From: Octopus bimaculoides
Taxonomy: Eukaryota
Direction of reading: 5' to 3'
DNA length: 64,000 nt
NCBI RefSeq assembly: GCF_001194135.2
Contig: NC_068999.1
Span: 25,921,922-25,985,921, forward strand
Shown: in pieces, positions 11,651 to 23,350 of the stretch
Position numbering within the stretch: the first letter of the stretch is position 1
Layout of the letters: each line of letters opens with the position of its first letter
Program-made: the position numbers and the translations under genes
Notes under the pieces: generated by a model
Told to the model about the DNA's origin: nothing
The model's database searches: none
Seen by the model: only the letters and a program-made list of their open reading frames with translations

Positions 11651-13334
11651 CTGACCCTACTATATTGTGTAGTTGACAAAACAAAAACAATGTACATGCG
11701 CAAAATAATAAAAATATAAAATGGCAGTTTCACCAATTACTTTCATACTTGTCATGTATGAATAATTTGACCTCGGACATATTATAGGGTCTTCATTTGA
11801 TTTTTTTATTAAAAAATTTTAAAAATAAAAAATACTGCTTGTTATATTACATTCATGTCTTTCAAAGATTTTAATATTTTTGCTTCCGGTTGTCTAGTGT
11901 CAGTGACGTAACTTATCTCTTTATGTATATCTCTCTATCCATCTTTCTCTATCTATCTCTATCTCTCTATCTATATCTCTTGTTTTCACTTTTATTTTAC
12001 AGACCCTATTCTTTTCACTTTCAATTTTTATATGCCATTGTTTAATTTCCATGTTATTGTTTTCACTGTAAGTCTAAGTTTTAAATCACTATTTACAAAC
12101 AAACAACAAATTACTGATGTAAGTAATTTCATAATTTACTGACAGAAGTATCTTCCTAAATTTCACTTCAACCCATACGGTCTTGTGTTTTCCTGTTGTT
12201 GACGGTTTCTTTCTGGTTCCTTCGATACTGGCTCTTTGGTTCACTGACAAATTTCCCTTCGACCCCTACAATACTCTCTTTTCCGTTAAAATTTCTTATT
12301 TACTTTCTGCCCATCATATTAAGAACTACAGATTTCTGCCTCCTGACATAATTTCCATGATCATAACTTTCAGAATTATGGATATTTTTTAATAAAATTT
12401 TCTACGAATATATGTTCTATCATGTCAATGATAGACGCAAGTCTACTTCAATTTGTCTTAACTTTCAAGAAAATGGATACTTCTTGAAAAAGGTTTCTCA
12501 ATGTCAACTTCTGGTATTGACATAAGAATGGCGAAGTCTGTCCCTGTCTAAATTTTAATGTTTTCATTTCAAGTTTTAATTCACTATTTGTAAACAACTA
12601 CAATAAATTACTGAAAGAAATATTTACTAAGCTCACAATTTAAATATTCAGTACAAGACACTATTCAATGTGCTTCTATTTATACGATTTATTCATTTAT
12701 TCATTCCATCCCCATCTCATTCATTGTATGCAAGATTCTCTCTCTCTCTCTCACACACACACACTCCAGGTTTGATTTCTTTATTACACAAATATCACGT
12801 TAAAATTTTGCAATTAAACATGTGGCACCCCCAAAATATGGGCATTATTTTGCTGAAACTCGCATAATTTGTTTATTTACGTAAAAAGATTTTATTTATT
12901 TTCTTTTTCACACTGTGTTCAGCTCTATGTATTTATAAGTCACACACGCACACATGTTTTTGTATGTGTTTTTATACATATATGTATGGTGTGTGCGTCT
13001 ATGTGTGTGTGAGTGAAGGGGTGTGCTGCCATGTATTCGTACATACATAAATATATATGCATACATCTTTTCTGTATGTATGCATATGTGAGAGGGAGTG
13101 TGATGTCTAAGTAGCACTTTCTCTCTCTCTCTCTCTCTCACACATACATACAAGAAAGATGTATGCCTATTATTTATGTATATATGACAACACACCCCTT
13201 CACTCACTCTCTCTCTCTCTCACACACATGCACACCTCCATTTCATCTGTGGTTTGATACTGTATATATATATGTATCTGTGTGTGTGTGTGCGTGCGGG
13301 CAGTGTTCCACAATTGTCAAAAAAAAGCAGAGGA

Positions 13335-14722
13335 ATTTTCTTTCTTGATGTTCCTAGTGGCACACATAAAACATTTGTTACATTACTTCTCTCCAAAGTA
13401 AGGTAACAAAAAAAAAATTTGCAGTTGTTGTACCATTGTCTGGTTTTGCTGCCACCATTCTCACAGGAGGACGAACAGCTCATTCTGCTTTTAAATTACC
13501 ACTAAACCTGGTCACAAGTGACAGTCGAATTTGTAACATAAGCAAAGATTCAGGTTCAGCAAAAGTGTTGTGCCAATGCCACCTTATCATTTGGGATGAA
13601 TGCACCATGTCACATAGAGGTGCAATGGAAGCTCTTGGTAACACCTTACAGGACATCAGAGGCAACAATAAATTTATGGGAGGAGTTACATTACTTTTAT
13701 CAGGAGAATTCAGACAGACATTACCAGTCATTCTGAGACAAACAAGATGAAATAACAGAATGGAATAAAGTACTGAAATTCTCCTGCAATACTAACGTGC
13801 CAGCTTCATTACATGGGGACCAATGTGCAAAACAGTTTTCAACCTGCCTCTTCCAATTAGGAAATGGGAAAGTACCACTTGATGGGAATGGTAATATCAG
13901 TTTGGCTCATATTGCTATCATGATGAATTCCCCAACTGAATTGAAGAACAGAGTATGACCAGACTTAAGTGATAATTATAATTCACATAAATGGTTGTGT
14001 GAAAGGTCAATTCTTAATCAAAAAAATGAGACAGTAGCAAGAATTAGCCATCTAATTAATGAATAAGATTCCAACAATTATTAAGAAGTACAAATCAGTT
14101 GATTCAGTCCTTGATGAAAATCAAGCTGTCCATTACCCAACAGAGTTCCTTAATTCTCTTGAGCCACCTGGAATTCCTCCACAAACTTTTTCTGAAGGTA
14201 GGAGTCCCAATAATGCTTCTAAGAAATTTAGATCCTCCTAAATTATGCAATGGGACAAGGTTGATTGTGAAGACATTATCACCTAATGTGACAGAAGCTA
14301 CCATCATCACTGGATGTGCCTCTGGAGAAGAGGTTTTCTTCCAAGAATTCCAATCAATCCAACAAATATGCCCTTTGAGTTCCAACAAACACAATTCCCA
14401 GTGCGACTTGCTTTTGCAATGTCTATTAATACAACTCGAGGTCAGTCTTTGAAATCTACTGGCTTGATTTTCTCATGGTCAACTTTGTTGGTTGCTCCCG
14501 GGTAGATAGTTTGCAAGACTTGTTTGTCTATTCTCCAAACCAGAAAACAAAAAATGTTGTTTACCCAGAAGCTCTGGTATAATCCCTTCAACGTATGTGG
14601 TAGAATTTATCTCCTTTCATAAAAGTGGTAAATTTTGTATTTTTGTTTATTATGATTATTATTATTTTTTTTTTTCATTGTTATTCTTCCAAAATGTAAG
14701 GAAAAATTTCATTCCCGGGCAA
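13335..14722 (+). mobile_element. Helitron PIF1-like helicase remnant
   Basis: Fragments: degenerate Walker A (FFLDVPSGTHKTF), [76 protein letters not shown]. Frameshifted. Confidence 0.9.
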
Positions 14723-14754
14723 GTTAAAATCAAAAATAAGTAATTTGTACTCAC

Positions 14755-14796
14755 TAAGATCGCCACTAACATCTTGATCAAACTGCATAAACTGAC
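14755..14796 (-). CDS. AIF1: AIF1-like gene, internal coding exon (42 nt), start of EF-hand 1 loop
   Basis: ttgcag|GTCAG...GATCTTA|gtgagt. Translates (S)QFMQFDQDVSGDL(N). Phase 1 to 1, compatible with both neighbours. Confidence 0.92.
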
Positions 14797-15334
14797 CTGC
14801 AACAAATATAGATATTTTATTGCAAGATATTAAAAAACAAAGTATGGTAATTATTTTCACCTTAATTATTGCTATTACTATGATGCTAATGTTTTAATTA
14901 TAAATATGATATTTAGTTAGCATTTGTTCATCTTGATATATTACTGGTTTGTCGAAATGATGTCAATTATATTAGTTCTGAATAATATTGATGTATAGAT
15001 GTCAATAGTACTTTCTGAATTAGCATCAATTTGATATTTTTAATCTTTTTTTTCCCCCTATGGTATACCTCTTGAATCATTTATATCAATAATTATGAGT
15101 ATCTTTAAAATTCATCCATATAACTATGGATAGTTTAATTAATTTTTCAAAGCTTATTATTAAAAAAACTATGACAACTATAAACCTTTCCAAGTTTCAC
15201 TTTAAATTTATGTACATCAAACTCTACAGATACCAGTTTCCAAGATCTTGCATCAAGAATCTGATTTTAATCATTAAATCTGAAGAGTTTGTGGAAGGAT
15301 TCTTCAAAAAATCAGAAAAATTCTCAGTGTTAGC

Positions 15335-15842
15335 ATATTGGTTTCAAATTTTGGCACAAAGCCAACTATTTTAGGGGAAGGGTAAGTTGATTAGATCAAG
15401 CCCAGTACTTAACTAGTACTTATTTTATCGACCTTGAAAGGATGAAAGGCAAAGTCAATCCCAACAGAATTTGAACACAGCACATATAAAAGGATGAAAT
15501 GCCACTAAGCATTTTGCCTGGTGTGCTAACAATTCTGCCAGTTCATACCTTATTAAATGTTACAAATATTGTCAAATCTTTTCACGGTGATACGAGAGCA
15601 TGTTGTAATTGATTAAATGGTGGAATGAGGTAATATTGGTTTCAAATTTTGACACAAGGCCAGCAATTTGGGTAGAGAGGGTAAGTTGATTACATCAACC
15701 CCTGTGTGCAGCTGGTATTTATTTTATCAACTTCAAAAGGATGAATGTCAAAGTCAGCAGAATTTGAACTCAGAACATAAAGACAAAATGCCCCTAAGCA
15801 TTTAACCCAGCACGCTAATGATTCTTCCAGCTTGCTGCCTTA
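15335..15842 (-). mobile_element. Two adjacent copies of tRNA/CORE-like SINE family B
   Basis: Copies at about 15335-15551 and 15634-15842. Further copies at about 27205-27420(+), 40365-40480(+), 42274-42490(-), 50565-50700(+), 50745-50945(+) and 53843-54050(+). They share gcctttcatcc...ggtcgataa...taccag and a B-box-like gagttcaaattc. Confidence 0.85.
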
Positions 15843-16471
15843 AGCATGAGGTAATATTAAAAGAGCTCTGTACCAAAATTACTGAAATGTTTTATTCTTG
15901 ACATTTAAGGGAATCAGATTTGTTATTGACAAGGTGATATTTACACGTGTTCAATCATTGTATTCTAAAATTATCTATCTGGGAGCCAATCTCTATTGGA
16001 AATGGTTTATATTGGATACCTCTAACAGGCATTGAGCTTTTGCAAAACTGTTATAGTTTAAATTTCCTATGAGTTTAGGAGGTTTCCTTCAGCACTGAAC
16101 TGAAGACTTACAACAGATATGATTCCATTCAAGGGTCTAGAGGCCAAAAGAATTTTAAAACCTAAATGAAAACTAACAACCTAAGTTTTTGCATCACAAT
16201 GTCATCCCAAATATCATTTGTTAGAAAATATCTATATATAATTTTGCTTGTAAATATAAATGAAGATGAGATCCATAAGGTAACTTTTGTAGTGGTTAGA
16301 ATAGTGTTTAAATAAGAAAGAGTTTATAACGTTACCACAATATTTCCTGTTATTCATATATTTCAGTTAAATCTATATAGTAGACATCGTCAGTTGCTAA
16401 GGGATTAAAAATAATCTACCTATGATAAATATACCCAAAATTGTTCAAAATGAAAATATAAAATATCTTAC

Positions 16472-16538
16472 TTTTATATCGTATAAGTTTTTCTTCAAGA
16501 TCTTCTATATCTTTGTATGCTATATCATCCAGAAATTG
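16472..16538 (-). CDS. AIF1: AIF1-like gene, internal coding exon (67 nt)
   Basis: ttttacag|CAATTT...TATAAAA|gtaaga. Translates QFLDDIAYKDIEDLEEKLIRYK (cf. human [22 protein letters not shown]). Phase 0 to 1. Confidence 0.93.
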
Positions 16539-16889
16539 CTGTAAAAATATGATTTAAAAAAAAAAAGTATATAAAACCACAGGTTTCTTATTAGCTTTAG
16601 AATTTACTACAGTAAAAGGCAAGAAACAAAAGATTAAGACAGGAAAATCTTGGAGGGCAGGTGTATAAGTTTAGAATGTTAACTTGGAAGATGCAATAGT
16701 ATCATAAAGCTAGGATGCTAACTTTTGTGACATGTTCATTAGTTTTGGTGGGGTTGATTTTAGTTTTGATCACGATGTTCTTGTTGTTGTTATTGGTGGT
16801 GAGTGAGTGGTGGGTGATGAGAGGTTGTGGGTTTCTTAAAGATGAGACAGTGGTAGCTGCTTTCCATGCCATATCACCTTTAACAAAAT

Positions 16890-17345
16890 CATAAAACATG
16901 GCCTAGATGCCACAGGCTTCCCTTCCCAGCTCAAGTCAGCAGAGCCAGACTGGGGGGACAGTGAAAAGCCAGACAGTATGACAATTTTCCTGTTCTGTGG
17001 TGGCAGACCCCTCATCTGGGACCTCCAGCTGCAATGCCTTCTTCAGTGGCAACTTGGTGTGTTCAGCTACCAGTTCAGACTTTGCTACTAGTCAGGCTGA
17101 GAAAAGCAAATTATCAAAGTATCAGTTGTTCTCTGATAGGTTTATGTTTTGAGCCTGTGGCAGTAGAGACCTCTGGTGTTCTTGGCTCCTGGACCACATT
17201 GCTGCTCATTGCTATCAGGGCAGAGATGGCTATCCACAAGTGCAAACCCCAGGAGTCAGAGTGTCTGTTCTAGTACATCTACCTCACCATCTTCCACGGC
17301 AACAACTTTTCCATTTTGTCTACTGGGACCATGAGGCAATTTGAA
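16890..17345 (+). mobile_element. 3' fragment of a CRE-like non-LTR retrotransposon (restriction-like endonuclease domain)
   Basis: Fragments KPDSMTI, GRPLIWD, AEKSKLSKY and FEPVAVETSGVLG match the PD...D...K..KY...PxAVETxG layout of REL endonucleases. Confidence 0.7.
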
Positions 17346-17449
17346 TTACAGGAAATCAAGAGAATGTAAGAATTTCATTCTTTTCTACATGAACAATAAA
17401 ATTAAAAAATATACTCCAGTTTAACTCTTTAGCATTCAGATTACTCTGC

Positions 17450-18640
17450 TGTGGGGATGAACCGGAAGAAGAGAGCCATGACGTCAATGGTCAAGGGACT
17501 GACCGGAAGAGGAAACGTGAGAAGGGAAGTGCAGGGGGGACAGCAGAGGGTCATCCTTCTTTGGCTGGCCGAGGCATTGCAAACGGATATGAGGAAACTT
17601 GCTCTCAGATTGGAGATAGCAGCTGCTTATTACTGAATGACAGCAGGGTAGGGCAGGATTGCCAGAATGACTATTATTAGATAGGCACAGATGAGAGAGG
17701 AAGGTAGGTGAACCTCTTTTCACTTCCCATGCACAACAAGCTATTTCGGCAGTTGTGTACAGACATCATTGTCCCCTTGATGTATAATGGCAGTGAAGAT
17801 AAGGATCGGTAGTGATGTCATCAGACCTTTCTATGGTGAAGGTGACGTAGTAGCCTGAATTCAAAAAGTCAAAGTTGTGGCCAGGCTACAAGACATCGAA
17901 GATGTAGCGAGCCTCATGGCCCTGTATTTGGAGGGGAGTGCACTGGCACTGTACCTTGAAATCGATGAAGAAGAACAGCAGAGTGCAGCAAAGATCGATC
18001 AGCACTTGAGAGAGGCTTACACAGATGGAGAGTACGCCACTTTTGCTGGGAACAATCAGATGGAGAGGGGAACAGGTCGACAAATTTGCTGCGGAGGTAT
18101 GGAGGTTGGTCATGTTGTCTGGTCTTACCAGTGAGGGACAAGCAAAATCTGGATGTTGCACCCAAACATAGCACCTACTAGTGCATCACTCCTTATCTGT
18201 GATATTTTTGGCAAAGCTTATGACAACACTCTTCCCTCAGCCACTCAACTTTCTAAGATTGACCCCTACTAACTTATTTGTACTGAAAGTTGAAATCCAC
18301 AATGAACAGTCACTGTATTGAAAATGATAGAAGAAATTGAAGAAATCCCTACTACCCCTACTACTGGCATGGGATGGATGGTTTGACAGAATCCAATGAA
18401 CTGAAGAACTATATCTGTTTTTGGCATGGTTTCTACAGCCAGAGGCCATTCCTAAAGCCAACCATTTTGCTGTATGTACTACCGGGTGCTATTACCATGG
18501 CACCAGCACTAATGAGGTTACCTAGCAACTTGCAAGACTAAAGGGTCCTCTGTAACTGAGGGAGAATGGGAGATAGATAGAAAAATAGAGTGTATGTGAA
18601 TGTGCAATGGTTTTAGGCAAGTGGGTTATGTACCGGGTCT
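17450..18640 (+). mobile_element. Gypsy-like LTR retrotransposon 5' fragment (LTR, PBS-like site, gag remnant)
   Basis: Starts with TG at 17450. PBS-like TGGCAG at 17788. Gag-like ORF 17877-18134 (VASLMALYLEGSALALYLEI...LREAYTD). No pol detected. Confidence 0.6.
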
Positions 18641-19689
18641 CCAAGGTTATTCCATATTATAAGGGAAAGTATGGGTGGAAGGTGTGGTGGAAGGGAACAT
18701 GAAAGAGAATATAGATGAAAATCCAGAGAGAGTCATTGAAAAAGAAGTGTAGGGTGTCATAGAGGTTCGGTCACTAAGATGAGAGGATGTTGATATAGTG
18801 GAAAAGACAGTTGGTGAAAAAAAGGCTGAGAGGGAGTTATGACAGGCAATGGGTAAGTGGTGAGATGGGAGTTAATTGATAGAGTGGGGGAGATGGATGA
18901 AAGAAGGAAGGTGGGCACAGATTGAGTGATGAGGTTGGACAAATATACTTTCTCTTACATGTGCCAAGTGAAGGATGGGTAGGTAGAGGGATGGGGCAAT
19001 ATGTAGGGCAACCATTCATACTTTGTGAGCTTCATAAGTGGTGAGGAGCTAAGAGATAGGAGGGGTATGAGTGATAAAGGGATCAAAGTGAATGGGGAGA
19101 TGAGTGAAAGAAGGAAGGTGATTAACAAGTATATAAGATAGGAGGGGTAGATAAGGTGGCAGCAAACATATACTCGTCAGGATACAAATATATGCATATA
19201 TATATTCCAACATGTCTATATGCTTAAGTATCCCCAAATATATTTCAATCAAACAATGCAATCACAACAATCCAGAAACTTCTGATAATACCTCATAACT
19301 ATAGATTGTGTATATATATGCATGCATGTTTGTATAAATGTGTATATATGTATTCCATTATGTGTACATGTGGGTGCTGATAGGAATGATAATGTACATA
19401 ATTATCTTAAGATGAAGTCAGAACAAGATTATTTAAACAATCTGCCTATCTGTTTTAGATAAAGTTGGAACTTGAGGCAAGGCTTTCACTCAAGCTTAAT
19501 ATAACTACCACAAAAATACAAATTAAGGATACTTTAATGTTGTATTGACAAACAGAATATTAACCCTTTAGCATTTAGATTAAACTGTATTATAATCCTT
19601 ATTTATTGACATTGTTTTAAATTAATCAAGTATTATCTTGTACCTTCAAGATTTTGATGATGTGGTTGTATATTTTTAGTATGGTGGCA

Positions 19690-19920
19690 CACCATTTGAG
19701 TGTGGCCGTTGCCAGTACCGCCTGACTGGCCCTCGTGCCGGTGGCACGTAAAAGCACCCACTACACTCTTGGAGTGGTTGGCATTAGGAAGGGCATCCAG
19801 CTGTAGAAACTCTGCCAGATCAGATTGGAGCCTGGTGCAGCCATCTGGTTCGCCAGTCCTCAGTCAAATCGTCCAACTCATGCTAGCATGGAAAGCGGAC
19901 GTTAAACGATGATGATGATT
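19690..19920 (+). mobile_element. RTE-type LINE 3' tail or derived short element ending in (GAT)n
   Basis: The same sequence occurs at about 23750-24312, 42640-42905(-), 45905-46200, 46475-46775, 53700-53840 and 56205-56413(-). At 56.2 kb it faces RTE RT sequence across a gap in the same orientation. Confidence 0.8.
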
Positions 19921-19992
19921 GTAAGGTAGATGTAAAAGACCCAATTTGGCTGATTTGAACATAAAACAGGTAGAATATTTTAGCCAGTTTAA

Positions 19993-20210
19993 CCCTTTAG
20001 CATTCAGATTACTCTGTCAAATGTAATGCTTATTTATTCACATTGTTTTGAATTAACCATGTATTATCTCATAGATTTGAGATTTTGATGATGTGTGATT
20101 ATTTGATGAATGACAGTGTAGAGTAGGTGTGAGAAATCAGATCTGTCCTATTTGAACATAAAACAGGTAGAATATTTTGGCAGGTTAAGGCCAGTTTGAA
20201 TGTTAAAGGG
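19993..20210. mobile_element. piggyBac-like MITE (218 bp)
   Basis: TTAA|CCCTTTAGCATTC...GAATGTTAAAGGG|TTAA gives TIRs with CCC ends and TTAA on both sides. Partial copies begin at 17425, 19564 and 48631. Confidence 0.85.
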
Positions 20211-20232
20211 TTAAGTGCTAAATGGTTAATTA

Positions 20233-22440
20233 CACTGGTCAACAAGTATTTTTTATCAAGCATATATCAAGGTGTACTTAGTGTAGTTTTTAATGCTGAT
20301 TTCAAATATACAATTAGTTTTTGACATCACGTACAGTTTTCAAGATGAGAAAGTTTTTTTGATTTTAGATCATGCATTATATAGAAATTCCAATTAATGA
20401 CGTGTATGCATGTATTTCATTCACATCATAGAAACATACCTTTAAAATAAACTGCATTATTCATTGCTGCATAGTTCAGATGGAATATTTCATCATCTTA
20501 AATTGACCAATCAAGTTTTGTCTGATGAAATAGGTACTTCAACATCTCAAATTGTCCAGTCATAATTGGTCTGATGAAATATTTCATCATCTCAAATTCA
20601 ATAGAAGTATAACCATTTGTATCTATTTCCTTACTTGTTTTACAGTGTCAACAATGTCAAGGCAGTGTAGAAATCGTCCTGTGTTATGTCTGTGGACAAT
20701 TTATTGTGAAAGCTCAAAAACATACAATAACACCAGAGATCAAGAAGATTTATAAGCTATACTTGGACTGTCCTCTTGGAGATCAGGACAAGTTATGGGC
20801 ACCACATTTTATCTGTTCAGCTTGCTCAAATGGCTTACATGACTGGTTTAATAAGAAGTCCATACCTTTTGCCATTCCAATGATATGGAGGGAGCTGAAA
20901 GACCATTTTAATGGCACAATTTGTCTCTTGCTCTATTGCATGCCAATATGCAACCCAACCAATTGCAGCCTTCAAATAAGGTCACGTGAGATAGTCTCTT
21001 CTAAACCTCAGTTTGAGCCGACTGCTCACTATAAAACTCTAGCTTCACATCGAGTCGATGTCTTTCAGTTCCAGACGTTTTGAGGTCTAGCCACTGACCA
21101 CACAGGACACAGCCAGTTCCAGCGACAACACAACAGCAGCCACATGAAGACTCATCAACTTCGTCCAGCAGCATTCGAGGACCTCCATCTCTGTAGTCAG
21201 CATTTGTCCTAACATCAACATCATCTCTCTACGTACACAACAACCAGCAACACTCGCACAGGTTCCAACACAACACTGTGAATCACTTCACCATGGTTAA
21301 CAGCAAATACAACCTGCAAGAACTCCTGTAACAAGTGACCGGCAGCAGCATCGTATCCACGACTTCACGTATGACATGTACCTCAACTGGCTCTGCATTA
21401 CAGACACAACTTCTTGATACAGCATTTCAACTATTGTGTATCTTGACTACAAACTGGTATTTATCATCCTTGTGTGTGAACATTCTTCTAATGTCATATT
21501 ATAGACTCTTTCAATGCTCTGTACTTAACGCTCATGCATACATCCATACCTATGCACACACACACTTTGTTCTCATGATGGCCTGTCTATTATTATGTAT
21601 ACATGATGCACCACAGATACACATGTTAACCTATCAATAAAATCTTCTCTTAAACAGTCTACCCGGTTGTGTCTCTCTTTTCCTTCTGGCACTTATACAC
21701 ATTTATCCTTTTCATATTTATTGTATCAACCGTGTGATGTACTAAGAAGCCATTCTCATCACCTCACTTCGCACAGTCATCTACAAGATCCATGTAATGT
21801 CCTATTGCCTCTTTTGCACATAAAGCTTGGACTGACGAATCAGTTTGTAAAGACACTAGGAAAGAGAAACACCAGAGGGTTTGAGTATATTGTAGAAAAG
21901 TTTCCCAAAATCACACAGGCAAATTGAAAGAGGGTATTTTTGTCAGACCCCCAAATTAGAAAAGTACTCAAAGATGTCAATTTCAAGGCAACACTGGATG
22001 AACAGGAACTGCCTGCCTGGAATGCTTTCAATTGGATTTGTGAGAATTTCTTTGGCAACAAGAAGGTAATGGACTACAAGGATGGCATCAAGAACCTTCT
22101 GAAATGTTACTCAGCCATGGGTTGTCGCATGTCATTGAAAGTTCACTTCTTGGACTCCCATCTGGATTTCTTTGCAGATAACCTTGGAGCAGTGTCTGAT
22201 GAACATGGTGAAAAATTTCACCAGGATGTTAGTGCTATAGAGAAACGGTACCAAGGCTTCTGGAATGACAGTATGCTGGCTGACTACTGCTGGACATTTT
22301 ATCATGATCAACCAGATCAGGAACACCACAGAAAATCCAAATCACAATGTTTCTAACTCTGTTGTTCTAACTTTGTCTGTTTTGTCTGACCCATTTTTTT
22401 GTGTATTCACTCTTTGGAGAATGATAGTGATGATTTTTAA
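20233..22440 (+). mobile_element. Chapaev3-like (CMC group) DNA transposon remnant
   Basis: CAC terminus at 20233. N-terminal fragments MSRQCRNRP, LGDQDKLWAPHFIC, PFAIPMIWRE; C-terminal LHIKLG...MSLKVHFLDSHLDFF...SDEHGEKFHQD...MLADYCW. The central part is missing. Family name is by motif recognition. Confidence 0.75.
20915..21786 (+). mobile_element. Solo-LTR-like insert within the Chapaev3-like element
   Basis: About 870 bp unrelated to the transposase. TATA-like CTATAAAA near 21030, AATAAA near 21636, ends in ...CTACA. No TSD seen. Confidence 0.35.
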
Positions 22441-22464
22441 CTCAATAAACTCATTTACTTTCTA

Positions 22465-23099
22465 AAAACTAGAAAAGCACTTAGAGAGCGCAAACCTCCA
22501 CCAAGCAGCTCATTTCCACCCATATGCATGTATACTGAAAATCGCCCAATTTCCCAAACCAATGCTGGCAAAAACATAACCTCCTTGGCGGGGTTAAAAA
22601 AACAAAACACAGCCATATGATTTTTAAAAAAGAACACTTTAAAAACAGGAATCATCTGAAGCAGTTATAATACATCAATGACAACAGCAAGCTAGTTTCA
22701 CCATACAACTAAAAAGAAACAATTACCTAAAACTTGAGTGTTAAGATAGATATGCGAATAAAATCACTAATAGAGAAACGAAAATAAACTTTGGAAACAG
22801 CAACGCTACCATAGGTTACTTGGAAACGATGAATGTGTTTTCAAGGGAGATAATCAAAGAACGTAATATTGTAATAGTCCATGTAAAGTAAATATAACAA
22901 ATAAAAAATCCTTCAAGAATCCATAAAAATTCCTGGATCACTACCAAAATTTCATCATCAGTTCCTTGTGTCATTACCAACTTTTCCTATAAGTTTCATC
23001 AAATACCGTTCACAACTTTTTGAGTTATTTTGCATACAAACAGATGAAAACATAACCTCTTTCCTAGGCGGAGGTAATAGTATGTGCTTATTTATTACG
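22465..23099. mobile_element. Two short non-autonomous rolling-circle-like (Helentron/HINE-like) ends
   Basis: Shared terminal motif AAAACATAACCTC...GGCGG(A/G)G(G/T)TAA with a subterminal hairpin at about 22592-22615 and 23047-23078. Classification is inference. Confidence 0.45.
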
Positions 23100-23288
23100 T
23101 TAATGATTTCATATATACAAATATGTAAATATTTGCATGTATCTACTGAAAAACTGATATGTGCTGCATACAAATGGAGTGAAATTTTGAAATCAGCATG
23201 AAAAATTAGATTAAAAAAGTTGGCTTGCATTCATAATGAATATAATACATGTAATTTTGCTGAATATAATACATGTAATTTTGCTTAC

Positions 23289-23350
23289 CTGGTTTATTCT
23301 GTTTAAATCTGTTTCTTGTTTCTCCTTCAATAAACCAAATGCTTTTCCAC
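23289..23350 (-). CDS. AIF1: AIF1/Iba1-like gene, internal coding exon (62 nt)
   Basis: Minus strand ctgcag|GTGGA...AACCAG|gtaagc. Translates (G)GKAFGLLKEKQETDLNRINQ, matching the AIF1 N-terminal motif GGKAFGLLKxxQ. Phase 1 to 0. Confidence 0.93.
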
